64,000 bases of DNA. Source: a virus. The stretch is from the IMG/VR virus record IMGVR_UViG_3300035001_000008, positions 61,756 through 125,755 of that record; one strand, given 5' to 3'. Below, one piece after another: positions 54,474 to 63,805 of this stretch (positions are counted from its first letter, which is position 1; every line of letters starts with the position of its first letter). The notes beneath the pieces were generated by a model. It saw only the letters and a list, made by a program, of their open reading frames with translations. It was not told the DNA's origin and did not search any database. The position numbers and the translations under genes are program-made.

Positions 54474-55862
54474 ATGCGTACTCGCTCATATAAAGAATTT
54501 ATTGAATCAAAAGCTTATACGCCTATCTACTCAGGTATTGACGTAGATCCTAATTCACTTAACAAACATCTATTTGATTTTCAGCGACATATCGTAACTA
54601 GGGCGCTATGTCAAGGTAGATTCTGTATTTGGGCAGGAGTAGGGTTAGGAAAAAGCCTACAGCAGTTGACATGGGCGCATGAAGTACATAAGGCTACTAA
54701 CAAGCCTGTAATCATCCTTGCACCTTTGGCAGTATCTCACCAAACTATCCGAGAGGGTATTAAGTTTGGAATTGATGTGACTTTAGTAGAACAACCTAAA
54801 GACGTTGTTAACGGTATCAATATCACCAACTACGAAAAAGTAGAACGATTTGATTTAAGCGATTTTGTTGGCATTGTTCTAGATGAATCTAGTATTCTTA
54901 AAAACCAAACAGGTAAGTACCGCAATGCTTTAATTGATGCGTGTAAGCACATGCCTTTTAGATTGGCCTGTTCAGCTACGCCAGCACCCAACGATTATAT
55001 GGAGTTGGGCAATCACGCTGAGTTCATTGGTATTCGGTCTTACGTTGAAATGCTTGCTGAGTTCTTTACCCACGATGGCGGTGATACCGCAAAGTGGCGA
55101 CTTAAAAAGCATGGCGCTTCTAAATTTTGGGAATGGGTTGCTGCTTGGGCTGTAATGCTCCGTAAGCCTCAAGATTTAGGATTCTCTGCTGATGGCTACG
55201 ATTTACCAAAACTAAACCTTACTTACAAGACCACTGATATTGTTGTTCCGGCTCCAGATGGTCAATTATTTTGGATGCCGTCAGGTAATATCCAAGACCG
55301 TCGCTACATTAGAAAGTGTTCTATAGATGAACGTTGTAAGCTTGCTGCTGAATTAGTTAATAACTCAGATGAGCAATGGTTAGTATGGTGTGGTTTGAAT
55401 GACGAATCAGCCTTACTAAAAAGCTTGATTAATGATGCTGTTGAAGTTAAAGGTTCTGATAAAGAAAAGCATAAGACAGAATCAATGCTTGGTTTTCAAG
55501 ATGGGCACATTAAAGCGCTGGTTAGTAAACCATCAATCTGTGGAATGGGTCTAAACTTTCAACAGTCTCACAATATGATTTTTGTGGGACTATCTGATAG
55601 TTTTGAAGAACTGTATCAAGCCATTGGTAGACAGCATAGATTTGGTCAAGTTCATTCTGTTAATGCTTACGTTATTCACGATGTAAAAGAAGGAATGGTG
55701 ATTAACAACATTAAGCGTAAATGGGTTGAGGCTGATAGTATGCTTGAGCAAATGGTTATTCAAATGCAAAAAGAATCTATCAGGTTGATGGGTGCTACTC
55801 AAAAAGAATCAGACTTTTATGAGTCTGTTAAATTTGATATTTCTGATTTAGTCACTGTATAG
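54474..55862 (+). CDS. SF2/SNF2-like helicase (462 aa)
   Basis: GVGLGKS, LDESS, SATPAPND, GLNFQ, QAIGRQHRFGQ. Confidence 0.9.
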   Translation: MRTRSYKEFIESKAYTPIYSGIDVDPNSLNKHLFDFQRHIVTRALCQGRFCIWAGVGLGKSLQQLTWAHEVHKATNKPVIILAPLAVSHQTIREGIKFGIDVTLVEQPKDVVNGINITNYEKVERFDLSDFVGIVLDESSILKNQTGKYRNALIDACKHMPFRLACSATPAPNDYMELGNHAEFIGIRSYVEMLAEFFTHDGGDTAKWRLKKHGASKFWEWVAAWAVMLRKPQDLGFSADGYDLPKLNLTYKTTDIVVPAPDGQLFWMPSGNIQDRRYIRKCSIDERCKLAAELVNNSDEQWLVWCGLNDESALLKSLINDAVEVKGSDKEKHKTESMLGFQDGHIKALVSKPSICGMGLNFQQSHNMIFVGLSDSFEELYQAIGRQHRFGQVHSVNAYVIHDVKEGMVINNIKRKWVEADSMLEQMVIQMQKESIRLMGATQKESDFYESVKFDISDLVTV

Positions 55863-55886
55863 CATTAAATAGCTTAAGGATCTAAA

Positions 55887-56924
55887 ATGACTAACCGTAT
55901 TGCTTCAGGTAAGAACTGGAAACTAATTAATCAAGATAGCGCAGACGCATTACAAAAACTTCCTGATAGCTCTGTAGACTACTGTTGCTTTTCCATCCCT
56001 TTCATCTCAATTTTCGTTTATAGTAACTCACCCAGGGACTTGGGGAATTGTAAAAATGATGCTGAATTTTATGAGCATTACCGATTTATTGCCAAAGAAC
56101 TATATCGAGTTCTAAAGCCCGGTAGGTTGCTGTCTGTTCATTCTATGGTCGTACCTACCAGTAAAACAAAAGATGGCTATATCGGCCTTAAAGACTTACC
56201 TGGTGAAATTCGTAGAATGCATCAGGAACTAGGATTTATTTTTCATTCTCGCCATGAGATTGCTAAAGATCCTGTAGTTCAGATGCAGCGCACGAAAGCT
56301 CTAGGATTGCTTCACAAACAACTTAAAAAAGATAGCACTATGTCTAGGGCTGGTATTCCTGATGACTTAAGCACATTTAGGAAACCTGGTGAAAACAAAG
56401 AGCCTGTTGAAGGAACTTTAGATGAATACTATGGCTCTAAAGTTCCGCATACTACAGGTGATAATTCAAAGGATTCTATTAACCGTTGGCAAGTATACGC
56501 TAACAGCCAATGGACTGATATTATGACTAAGTTTGATGAAATTATTCCTACTCTCACTCCTGAACAGTTTGAAGTATTTTCGCAGCTATTGGTGTTACAG
56601 TCAGGTTCAGAGCAAAAAGCATGGCATGACATTAATCAAAGTGACACCCTACAGGCTAAAAGCGCAAAAGCTAATAACGATGAGCGTCATTTGTGCGTTT
56701 TACAATTAGATGTTATTCGTAGGTGTCTGCAACTATGGTCTAATCCCGGTGACTTAGTTCTAGACCCGTTTAACGGGGTTGGGTCTTGTGGTCATGTAGC
56801 TTTAGGCATGGGCCGCAAATATCTAGGTATTGAATTAAAAGAGTCTTATTTCAAAGCTGCTGTTAAAAACCTAAAACTAGCGTCTAATTCAGATCAGCTA
56901 TCTCTACTTGAATCAGCAGCTTAA
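55887..56924 (+). CDS. N4-C/N6-A DNA methyltransferase, beta class (345 aa)
   Basis: Motif IV-like FSIPF before motif I VLDPFNGVGS; GIELKESY; C-terminal QLSLL. Confidence 0.88.
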   Translation: MTNRIASGKNWKLINQDSADALQKLPDSSVDYCCFSIPFISIFVYSNSPRDLGNCKNDAEFYEHYRFIAKELYRVLKPGRLLSVHSMVVPTSKTKDGYIGLKDLPGEIRRMHQELGFIFHSRHEIAKDPVVQMQRTKALGLLHKQLKKDSTMSRAGIPDDLSTFRKPGENKEPVEGTLDEYYGSKVPHTTGDNSKDSINRWQVYANSQWTDIMTKFDEIIPTLTPEQFEVFSQLLVLQSGSEQKAWHDINQSDTLQAKSAKANNDERHLCVLQLDVIRRCLQLWSNPGDLVLDPFNGVGSCGHVALGMGRKYLGIELKESYFKAAVKNLKLASNSDQLSLLESAA

Positions 56925-56991
56925 ATAAATCCTTTTGTCTATTGGCAAGGGATCTAATATTAGGGTACAATTATACAAAGGAGGAAATTAA

Positions 56992-57180
56992 ATGTCAGCA
57001 CCATCTGTTTATTCTGTTACTGAATGTGAGAAAGCAATTAAACAATTAATTGAATCTCATGGTGTGTCTGCTGTTAAGGAAAGTCTAGTTTTGTGTGATC
57101 CTGAATTAGACGTAACTTCTGAAGTAGAAGCCCTCAAAGCGATGATTTCAAGTGCCGCTAATGAATTAGGGTATTGGTAA
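56992..57180 (+). CDS. hypothetical protein (62 aa)
   Basis: GGAGG RBS; promoter TTGGCA-N18-TACAAT at 56942-71. Confidence 0.65.
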   Translation: MSAPSVYSVTECEKAIKQLIESHGVSAVKESLVLCDPELDVTSEVEALKAMISSAANELGYW

Positions 57181-57182
57181 TA

Positions 57183-57629
57183 ATGGTTAACGCTAAAGTC
57201 AAAGGAACTCGCGGCGAGACAGAACTTAAGTCTGCTTTCTATGACCAAATTGGATTTTATTTAGTTCGTAATCCTGACCAAACTCGTAAGGGAGGTTACG
57301 ACTGTTCAATTAGATATGACGATGACTTAGATAGTCCTATTGCTATTCCATTTGCAATTGAATTTAAGCGTAATGAAAGCTTATCTACTTTAGCAATGTG
57401 GAAGCAAGCATTAGGTCAAGTAACTAAGTCTTGTTTTATCCCTGTGGTAGCCTACAGGCGCAACCGATGCCCTTGGGAGTTCATTGTACCTTGGGCAATT
57501 ATTAAGGGTGTTGATGGCCCTTACTGCCCTGAATTTGAAGGTACTGCTATCCTCCATTCACCTCAATTTTTTGAGGTTGCTAGAGAATGGGTAGATGTTA
57601 AAGCTAACTTAATTACTAAAGGAAAGTGA
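57183..57629 (+). CDS. Hjc-type Holliday junction resolvase (PD-(D/E)xK)
   Basis: KVKGTRGETE, GGYDC, AIEFKR, WKQA, PVVAYRRNR..W. Confidence 0.82.
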   Translation: MVNAKVKGTRGETELKSAFYDQIGFYLVRNPDQTRKGGYDCSIRYDDDLDSPIAIPFAIEFKRNESLSTLAMWKQALGQVTKSCFIPVVAYRRNRCPWEFIVPWAIIKGVDGPYCPEFEGTAILHSPQFFEVAREWVDVKANLITKGK

Positions 57630-57630
57630 A

Positions 57631-57897
57631 ATGATTATTTACAGATATGCGCTAACTGATACAGAAACTATTTTACAAATTCCTGATGGTCATATAAAAC
57701 TACACGTAGGCTGGAGTGACCTTCATAGTGAATTATCAGTATGGATTTCTGTTAATCCTAACACTGAAAATAAAGCGGTTAAATTTCGTTTGGTAATGAC
57801 AGGGGAACAAGTTGATAAGTTACACCACATGAGTTACTTAGGAACTGTTCAACGTAATAATATTGTTACGCATGTGTTCTTTACATCGATTATTTAA
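57631..57897 (+). CDS. conserved small phage protein (88 aa)
   Basis: IYRY..IP..VW..V..TG..YLGTVQ..HVF pattern of a common phage family. Confidence 0.7.
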   Translation: MIIYRYALTDTETILQIPDGHIKLHVGWSDLHSELSVWISVNPNTENKAVKFRLVMTGEQVDKLHHMSYLGTVQRNNIVTHVFFTSII

Positions 57898-57959
57898 CCC
57901 TCAATTTCTCAGATTTTCAATTAAGTTAAACTGAAGTAATCTTACCTCTTTAAGTAGAA

Positions 57960-60284
57960 ATGCAAAAATACATTAATGATGCTGATGCTAAATCGGCTAG
58001 TTCTACGTTGCCTAAATTTGATTTTCCAGCGTCAGCAACTACAGCTTTGCCTGTTGTGTATAGGACGTATGCTAGAAAGGAACATGATGCGGTTCCCCGT
58101 GAATCAGTAAGTGAAGTAAAAAATCGAGTCCTCACAGGTCTATTTGAATTAGGAAACTTTACCAAAGAAGAAGAACATAAAATTCGTTTGTATTTTGAAA
58201 CTAATAAGCTTTTCCCGTCAGGTAGGGCGATGTGGTGTTTAGGTACTGAATTCTCTAAGCAACCTGAAAACTATTATTCACTTTATAACTGCAATAACAT
58301 TAGAACTAAAACTTTTGACGACATGGGGGATAATTTTGAATTTCTCATGATGGGTTCTGGTGTAGGCGAAATTCTAGAACTGGATAATGTAAATGAATTA
58401 CCTCCTATTACTAGCCAAATTAATCTCACCATTAAAGGTGAATACGGTATTACTTTACAGCCTTTAGAAAACACTAAAGTTTCTGTAAAAACTACAAAAG
58501 CTTTGATTGAAGTGGGGGATAGCCGTCAAGGTTGGGTTAATGCTTATGTGGCATTGTTAAAACTTGCAGCAAATCCTGATTCTGATATTTGGAATGTTAC
58601 CGTAGATGTTTCTAATATTCGTGAAGCGGGTAAAGTAATTAAAGGTTTTGGGGGTAGAAGTAATCCTGTAGGGTTTATTCCCCTGCTTAAGCGAGTTGTC
58701 GAAATTACTAATAATGCAATTGGTAGGCAATTAAAACCTATTGAAGTTTCTATGCTTGTAAATGAAGCCGCTAAATGTACTGTAGCAGGCAACGTAAGAC
58801 GCTCAGCTAAAATGCAACAGTTTTCTCAGACAGATATTGAAGCAGGGTTAGCTAAAACAAACCTTTGGACTCAAGATTCTGAGGGGAACTGGAAAGCTGA
58901 TAGCGCCAAAGATGCCCTACGTATGTCTAACTTTACAAGAGTTTGGCACACTAAGCCTACCCGTGAGGATATTCTAGAGGCTTTACAAATTCAATTTAAT
59001 ACGGCTGAGGGTGCAATTATGTATGCACCTGAAGCTATTGCTAGAGCTAATAACGACATTCTAAATACGCCACATAAAAAGAAAAAGTTTATCACTCGAT
59101 ACTGTCAGGATAAAAAAGAAGGTGAGTTGTATTTAGTTGAACTAAATAACGGATACATTGAAGAAAATGAACTAGACCATCGTATGCACCGATATGGTCT
59201 AAATCCTTGCGGAGAGATTATTGGCAGTAACTACTTTTGCAACCTAATTGAAGTACATGCTAATCAATTAGACCCTAATGATCTGGACGAACAAAAAGAT
59301 GTTTTTTACATTGCAGGACTAGAAGTTGCAAGTTTACTACATCACGAATTTACTAAAGAACAATATCGGTTTAGTAGAGAAATTGATCCTATTGTAGGGG
59401 TATCTTTTACTGGTCTATTTGACTTTTTTGTAACTATGTTTGGTGTTGAATGGCTTGAATGGTGGCAAGGTGGTAGAAGCCGTGACCATGCAAAAGCTGA
59501 AGCTTTTTTAACTAAAGAAGCGTTTACTTTAACTACTTGGAAAAATTCAGCAGAGCAAGGCGTGTCTGAGTACTGTAAGCGTAACGGTCTAAATATTCCT
59601 AACCGCTTTACGACAGTTCAACCGGCAGGTACAAAAAGCCTTCTGACAGGTGCTAGCCCAGGTTGGCACCCTCCTAAGTCATCGCGTTATATCCGCCGTA
59701 TCACATTTGCTAAAAATGACCCTGTAGCACTCGCTTGTATTGATTATGGGTATCCAGTAGTACCTTCTCAATCAAATAAAGATGAAGCCGGTAATTTACT
59801 AAATGATCCTTTTGACCCTAGATGTACTGAATGGCTTGTAGAAATTCCATTTGAGATGTCTTGGGCAAATGACCCAGGCTGTGATCAAATTAATCCTTCT
59901 AAGTTCAGTGTTAAAGCTCAATTTGATTTTTACATGCAAGTGCAAAATCATTACACCACGCATAACACATCAGCTACCCTTGAATATAGAGAATCTGAAA
60001 TTGAAGAATTTGCTGATATTCTTTATCAAACTATTCAAGAGGATACAGGCTATATTTCAGCAGCTATGATGGCAAGGTTTGATGCTAACGAAACTATGCC
60101 TAGGCTACCGTTTGAACCGATTAGCAAAGAACGCTATGAACAGTTACTAACTGAAGTAGTCAACCGTAGAAAATCCGATGATTTTTACGCTTTATTGCTT
60201 AAGCATGACACTACTGTAGAAGATACGGCAGGGCCATCGGGATGTGATAGTGATAAGTGTTTTTTCCCAGTCAAAGCTAAGTAA
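57960..60284 (+). CDS. nrdJ: class II (AdoCbl-dependent) ribonucleotide reductase, cyanobacterial type
   Basis: YRTYAR, PSGRAMW, YNC, GLNPCGEI, FCNL, TTVQPAGTKSLL, C-terminal GCDSDKC; no NrdB in window. Confidence 0.93.
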   Translation: MQKYINDADAKSASSTLPKFDFPASATTALPVVYRTYARKEHDAVPRESVSEVKNRVLTGLFELGNFTKEEEHKIRLYFETNKLFPSGRAMWCLGTEFSKQPENYYSLYNCNNIRTKTFDDMGDNFEFLMMGSGVGEILELDNVNELPPITSQINLTIKGEYGITLQPLENTKVSVKTTKALIEVGDSRQGWVNAYVALLKLAANPDSDIWNVTVDVSNIREAGKVIKGFGGRSNPVGFIPLLKRVVEITNNAIGRQLKPIEVSMLVNEAAKCTVAGNVRRSAKMQQFSQTDIEAGLAKTNLWTQDSEGNWKADSAKDALRMSNFTRVWHTKPTREDILEALQIQFNTAEGAIMYAPEAIARANNDILNTPHKKKKFITRYCQDKKEGELYLVELNNGYIEENELDHRMHRYGLNPCGEIIGSNYFCNLIEVHANQLDPNDLDEQKDVFYIAGLEVASLLHHEFTKEQYRFSREIDPIVGVSFTGLFDFFVTMFGVEWLEWWQGGRSRDHAKAEAFLTKEAFTLTTWKNSAEQGVSEYCKRNGLNIPNRFTTVQPAGTKSLLTGASPGWHPPKSSRYIRRITFAKNDPVALACIDYGYPVVPSQSNKDEAGNLLNDPFDPRCTEWLVEIPFEMSWANDPGCDQINPSKFSVKAQFDFYMQVQNHYTTHNTSATLEYRESEIEEFADILYQTIQEDTGYISAAMMARFDANETMPRLPFEPISKERYEQLLTEVVNRRKSDDFYALLLKHDTTVEDTAGPSGCDSDKCFFPVKAK

Positions 60285-60293
60285 ATCGTAAAC

Positions 60294-60311
60294 AGGGGCG
60301 TAACAGCCCCT
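60294..60311 (+). terminator. hairpin / weak terminator
   Basis: AGGGGC-N6-GCCCCT then CTATTATTT. Confidence 0.5.
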
Positions 60312-60330
60312 CTATTATTTAACTAAATCT

Positions 60331-61041
60331 ATGTTTAACTCTGATTCCAATCCTGTACCTAGAATCACTAACGGTTATTGCGAAGGTTCACACAAACGCA
60401 AAATTGGGTTTAGTGAAATTCTAAGAGATGAAGAACTACCTAAAAGCGATAGCGCTTGTCTTATACAAACCTACGCATGGAAAGCAAGAATCTATGCTGA
60501 ACGTTGCATCCACCTAATGCCCGTTAACGATCCTAAAGCAAAATACTTTTTGCAATGGTTTTGTGAAAATAACTTTGCTATTGGAGCTTACGCTTTTAAT
60601 AAAGGTAATACCAATCACAGAGTATTTCCTGAAACCTGCTTGAATGATATTGAGTCTGAAATTAAGTTAATGAAAGATGCGATTAAAAATGAAACTAATC
60701 GCCCAGCTACAGATTTTATTCGACAGACAACTGAATATGGCTTACAGGTAGAAGAGTTTCAAGTTCAGGTAAGAGAGCTTGAAACTGGGTTTGTTTCTTG
60801 GATGTACGATGTGCGGGTAGTATCTGACTTCTACAGCCACTTAGAGAAAGATTCTGAATCAGGGTTAGTTAGGTTTGAACGTATGGTACTAATGGCTAAG
60901 TTCCTCAACAGATTGTCTACCTGGGTATTTTGGCTCAATCAATATCACGCAATGCTCTTACAGAAAGATATGGGCCAAGTCTACTCTTTTGCTGAATGGC
61001 AAGCTAAAAGAGAAGTAGCCCCTCTATTTCCTGTTGCATAA
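60331..61041 (+). CDS. divergent PduO-type cob(I)alamin adenosyltransferase-like protein (236 aa)
   Basis: LPKSD..IQTY, LQWFCENNFAIGA, DFIR, VRELE and KFLNRLSTWVF align in order with PduO motifs KD..RIEAY, IQ..LF..GA, FILP, RRAER, YLNRLSD.LF; directly after nrdJ. Confidence 0.65.
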   Translation: MFNSDSNPVPRITNGYCEGSHKRKIGFSEILRDEELPKSDSACLIQTYAWKARIYAERCIHLMPVNDPKAKYFLQWFCENNFAIGAYAFNKGNTNHRVFPETCLNDIESEIKLMKDAIKNETNRPATDFIRQTTEYGLQVEEFQVQVRELETGFVSWMYDVRVVSDFYSHLEKDSESGLVRFERMVLMAKFLNRLSTWVFWLNQYHAMLLQKDMGQVYSFAEWQAKREVAPLFPVA

Positions 61042-61067
61042 CGTCTAATACTAGACTACAATTAAAC

Positions 61068-61088
61068 AAGGGGGTGAAATTCCCCCTT
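61068..61088 (+). terminator. hairpin / terminator
   Basis: AAGGGGG-N7-CCCCCTT. Confidence 0.55.
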
Positions 61089-61106
61089 TCACACTACAGA
61101 GGAAAT

Positions 61107-61670
61107 ATGCGGGAATTTGAAAAGGTAAGCTTTGCCCAATTTGAGAAAGATTTTATTGAGGCTTTTCCTAGTCTATTAGACGACGATTTAACTCCTCGTC
61201 AACACTACGACTTGATCAAACTGCCTCAACATGCAACGCCTAAAAGTGTTGGGTATGATTTCTTTTCTTACTTTGGATTCCAACTAATGCCAGGGGAAGA
61301 TATTAAATTCCCAACTGGAATTAAAGTAAAACTTGATGATGACGTTGTATTGCCTGTCTTGATTAATGGTGAATGTGTAAATATCCCATGCAATGAATGG
61401 TTAGGGTTTTATCCTAGGTCTGGTCAAGGTTTTAAGTATCTGCGAGTTGCAAATACGGTTGGAGTGATTGACGGAGACTATTACAACAATTCCGATAACG
61501 AAGGTGAGATTTTTGTAAAACTACGCAATGAGTCTAATAATAAACTATTCACATTCAAAGCAGGCGATGCTTTTGGGCAAGGGATTATTCAACTAGCTAT
61601 GTTGACTAGCAACGATCCCGGTTCTTATAAAGAATGCCGTGTTGGTGGTCTAGGTTCTACTTCTAAATAA
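61107..61670 (+). CDS. dut: trimeric dUTPase
   Basis: SVGYDF, PRSG, GVIDGDY, GQGII, RVGGLGST; GAGGA RBS before ATG 61107. Confidence 0.92.
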   Translation: MREFEKVSFAQFEKDFIEAFPSLLDDDLTPRQHYDLIKLPQHATPKSVGYDFFSYFGFQLMPGEDIKFPTGIKVKLDDDVVLPVLINGECVNIPCNEWLGFYPRSGQGFKYLRVANTVGVIDGDYYNNSDNEGEIFVKLRNESNNKLFTFKAGDAFGQGIIQLAMLTSNDPGSYKECRVGGLGSTSK

Positions 61671-61687
61671 TTAAAGGATTAAATTAA

Positions 61688-62797
61688 ATGACTACTGCTG
61701 TTTTAACTAAGCAAGAAATTTCAATTAATCGTGATACGTTGTCTGAAGTTCTATCTAATGCACTTCAAGCAATTTCAGTTAAAGTAAGTCGCCCTATTTT
61801 GGCTGATGTTTTATTTAAGTGTGTTGATGGTGTTCTAGAGGTATCGTCTTACAATGAACAAATTGGAATTAAACAACGTATTGACGTTGAAGGTAATTTA
61901 GACGCTGTTTGTATTCCTGCTCGTTTATTCGCAGACACCATTTCTAAACAGCCTAAAGGCGCTGATTTGACTCTTGAGTATGATGGACATTCCATCATCA
62001 TTAAACGGGGTAAGTCTAAATCTAAAGTAGCTGTTCACCCTGCTGATGAATACCCTCTAATTGAAATTGCTGAGGGTCAAGCATCTACTATCAGCACTGA
62101 TGATTTTATTAAAGCGATGCCTAAGGTGTTGTTCAGCACCAGCACTGAAGAAACCAAGCAAACGCTTACAGGCGTTAACTTGAATGGTACTAAGGCGGGT
62201 AGCACCGATGGTCACAGGCTATCTGTAGCAACTCTAGAAGATGCCTTCCCTGGTGATTCTATTACTGTACCTTCTAGTACCCTATCTCTTATCCTTAAAC
62301 TTGCAGGGTCATCTATTACGCCTGAAATTGGCGTTAATCTTGATGAGCGAATGGTTAGTTTTCAGATTGGCAACACTGAACTACATAGCCGATTGATTGA
62401 AGGTCAATATCCTAATTACCCTCAGCTAATCCCTCAGAGTTTTATTCATGCTTTTACCTTGAATCGTGCTGAGTTGATTCAGCGGCTAGACATTGTGATG
62501 GTGATGGCGGCTCAAAAGAATGATGTAGTCACTCTTACGTTTAGCCCTGATAGCTTGGTGGTATCTGCTGAGGCGGGGGAGAATGGGGACTCTCAGGAAT
62601 GGCTAGAATGTAGTGCTGCTGATTTTGAAGTAAGCCTAAATGGTAAGTACTTTCTAGAAGCACTTAAAAATCTAGGTTCTGAAGACTTGCGTATGCATTG
62701 CAATTCAGCGACTACACCGATTGTAATTAAGCCTATCGAATCAGGTGTTGAGGGTGATTACATCCATCTTCTAATGCCGATTCAAAAAAGATCCTAG
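61688..62797 (+). CDS. dnaN: DNA polymerase III beta sliding clamp (369 aa)
   Basis: RPILADVL, STDGHRL, SRLIEGQYPNY..LIP, LNGKYFLEAL, HLLMPI. Confidence 0.93.
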   Translation: MTTAVLTKQEISINRDTLSEVLSNALQAISVKVSRPILADVLFKCVDGVLEVSSYNEQIGIKQRIDVEGNLDAVCIPARLFADTISKQPKGADLTLEYDGHSIIIKRGKSKSKVAVHPADEYPLIEIAEGQASTISTDDFIKAMPKVLFSTSTEETKQTLTGVNLNGTKAGSTDGHRLSVATLEDAFPGDSITVPSSTLSLILKLAGSSITPEIGVNLDERMVSFQIGNTELHSRLIEGQYPNYPQLIPQSFIHAFTLNRAELIQRLDIVMVMAAQKNDVVTLTFSPDSLVVSAEAGENGDSQEWLECSAADFEVSLNGKYFLEALKNLGSEDLRMHCNSATTPIVIKPIESGVEGDYIHLLMPIQKRS

Positions 62798-62812
62798 CAC
62801 CATTAAGTACAC

Positions 62813-62833
62813 AGGGCATCTTAACGGTGCCCT
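62813..62833 (+). terminator. hairpin / terminator
   Basis: AGGGCATC-N5-GGTGCCCT then TTAATTT. Confidence 0.6.
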
Positions 62834-62849
62834 TTAATTTAAGGATTAA

Positions 62850-63401
62850 ATGTATCCATCTATTTTTATACTAGGCTCAGCAAAACACGGCAAGGACTCT
62901 TTTGCAGAGTTAATCTGTAATTATTGCACTGAGCTAACCTTTCAAAGTAGCTCTAAAGCAGCGCTTAAGTTTATCTATCCAACACTTAAAGAAAAGTATC
63001 TCTATACCTCAGAGGATGAATGCTATGAGGATAGAGACAATGCGCGTATGGATTGGGAACGTTTAATATTTGAATTTAATACGCCTGAGAAAACTAAACT
63101 AGCTAAGCTTGTCTTTAGTGAATCCAATATTTATGTAGGTTTAAGGAATAAACAAGAATACTTATCTTGCTTAAAGCAAAAGGTGTCAGATCTTACTCTA
63201 TGGGTAGATGCAAGTAAACGAGTTAATTACACAGACCCTAGCTTATCAATTGAATATGATGCTAGGTATATGGTTTGGGTTGATAACAACGGTAAGCTTC
63301 CAGACCTTGAATACCGTGCTCAATTTTGGGCTAAATCAATTAGACGAATGCTTGAAATTAGAGAGTGGTTAGACCTTGCCAAAAATGAAAAATGTGGCTA
63401 A
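62850..63401 (+). CDS. deoxynucleoside monophosphate kinase-like protein (183 aa)
   Basis: P-loop ILGSAKHGKDS; IYVGLR..EY motif of phage dNMP kinases. Confidence 0.72.
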   Translation: MYPSIFILGSAKHGKDSFAELICNYCTELTFQSSSKAALKFIYPTLKEKYLYTSEDECYEDRDNARMDWERLIFEFNTPEKTKLAKLVFSESNIYVGLRNKQEYLSCLKQKVSDLTLWVDASKRVNYTDPSLSIEYDARYMVWVDNNGKLPDLEYRAQFWAKSIRRMLEIREWLDLAKNEKCG

Positions 63402-63550
63402 TATTAAATAACAGGGAAAAGCATATTAGATGTAATTGCGGTGAAGAATATCAGCTTTTATGGGCAGGTAGGTTTTACCCTAGATCTTGGTTTTGTTTAA
63501 CATGTAGGAATTTTGCAATTGAACCAACAGACACGGAATCTAATTATTGA
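63392..63550 (+). CDS. small Zn-ribbon protein (52 aa, not in ORF track)
   Basis: IRCNCG...WFCLTC; overlaps kinase stop. Confidence 0.5.
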   Translation: MWLILNNREKHIRCNCGEEYQLLWAGRFYPRSWFCLTCRNFAIEPTDTESNY

Positions 63551-63805
63551 AACTATTCAAGGTATGCAAACTTTGAACCAGCACCTTGAATTAATGGTTA
63601 ACGATATTGAAACTGGAAAAATTACACTTACTGAGGAAACTGTAAATGCAATCTGTAGACGCTAAACCTAATCAAATCTATATCAAGTTGCTTGAGATGC
63701 TTGATAATTATAATCCTTCACTTGATCACCTTAATACTTTAGTCGGTCAAGACCCTGAACTAGATGCTGCTGTTATGGCGGTTTATCCGCCATTGGATTA
63801 AAACC

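Noticed and set aside
3649-59000. Opposite-strand ORFs in the track (e.g. 3649, 3908, 5251, 7175, 7808, 9405, 10578, 11804, 24962, 27474, 30768, 34970, 35541, 36228, 41523, 44831, 48622, 51293, 52493, 53248, 54972, 55590, 56429, 57057, 57950, 58283, 58544)
   Set aside because: Antisense shadows of longer genes with clear motifs or of coupled small-gene runs; no RBS or motif support
7708-60284. Introns or inteins in terL, polA, helicase or nrdJ
   Set aside because: All are uninterrupted, of normal length, without intein splice motifs; nearby endonucleases are free-standing
48600-63401. Modified-base (e.g. Z-genome) system to explain the odd PolA
   Set aside because: No PurZ, dATPase, thymidylate-synthase-like or glycosyltransferase genes in the window; dUTPase and NrdJ fit ordinary dNTPs
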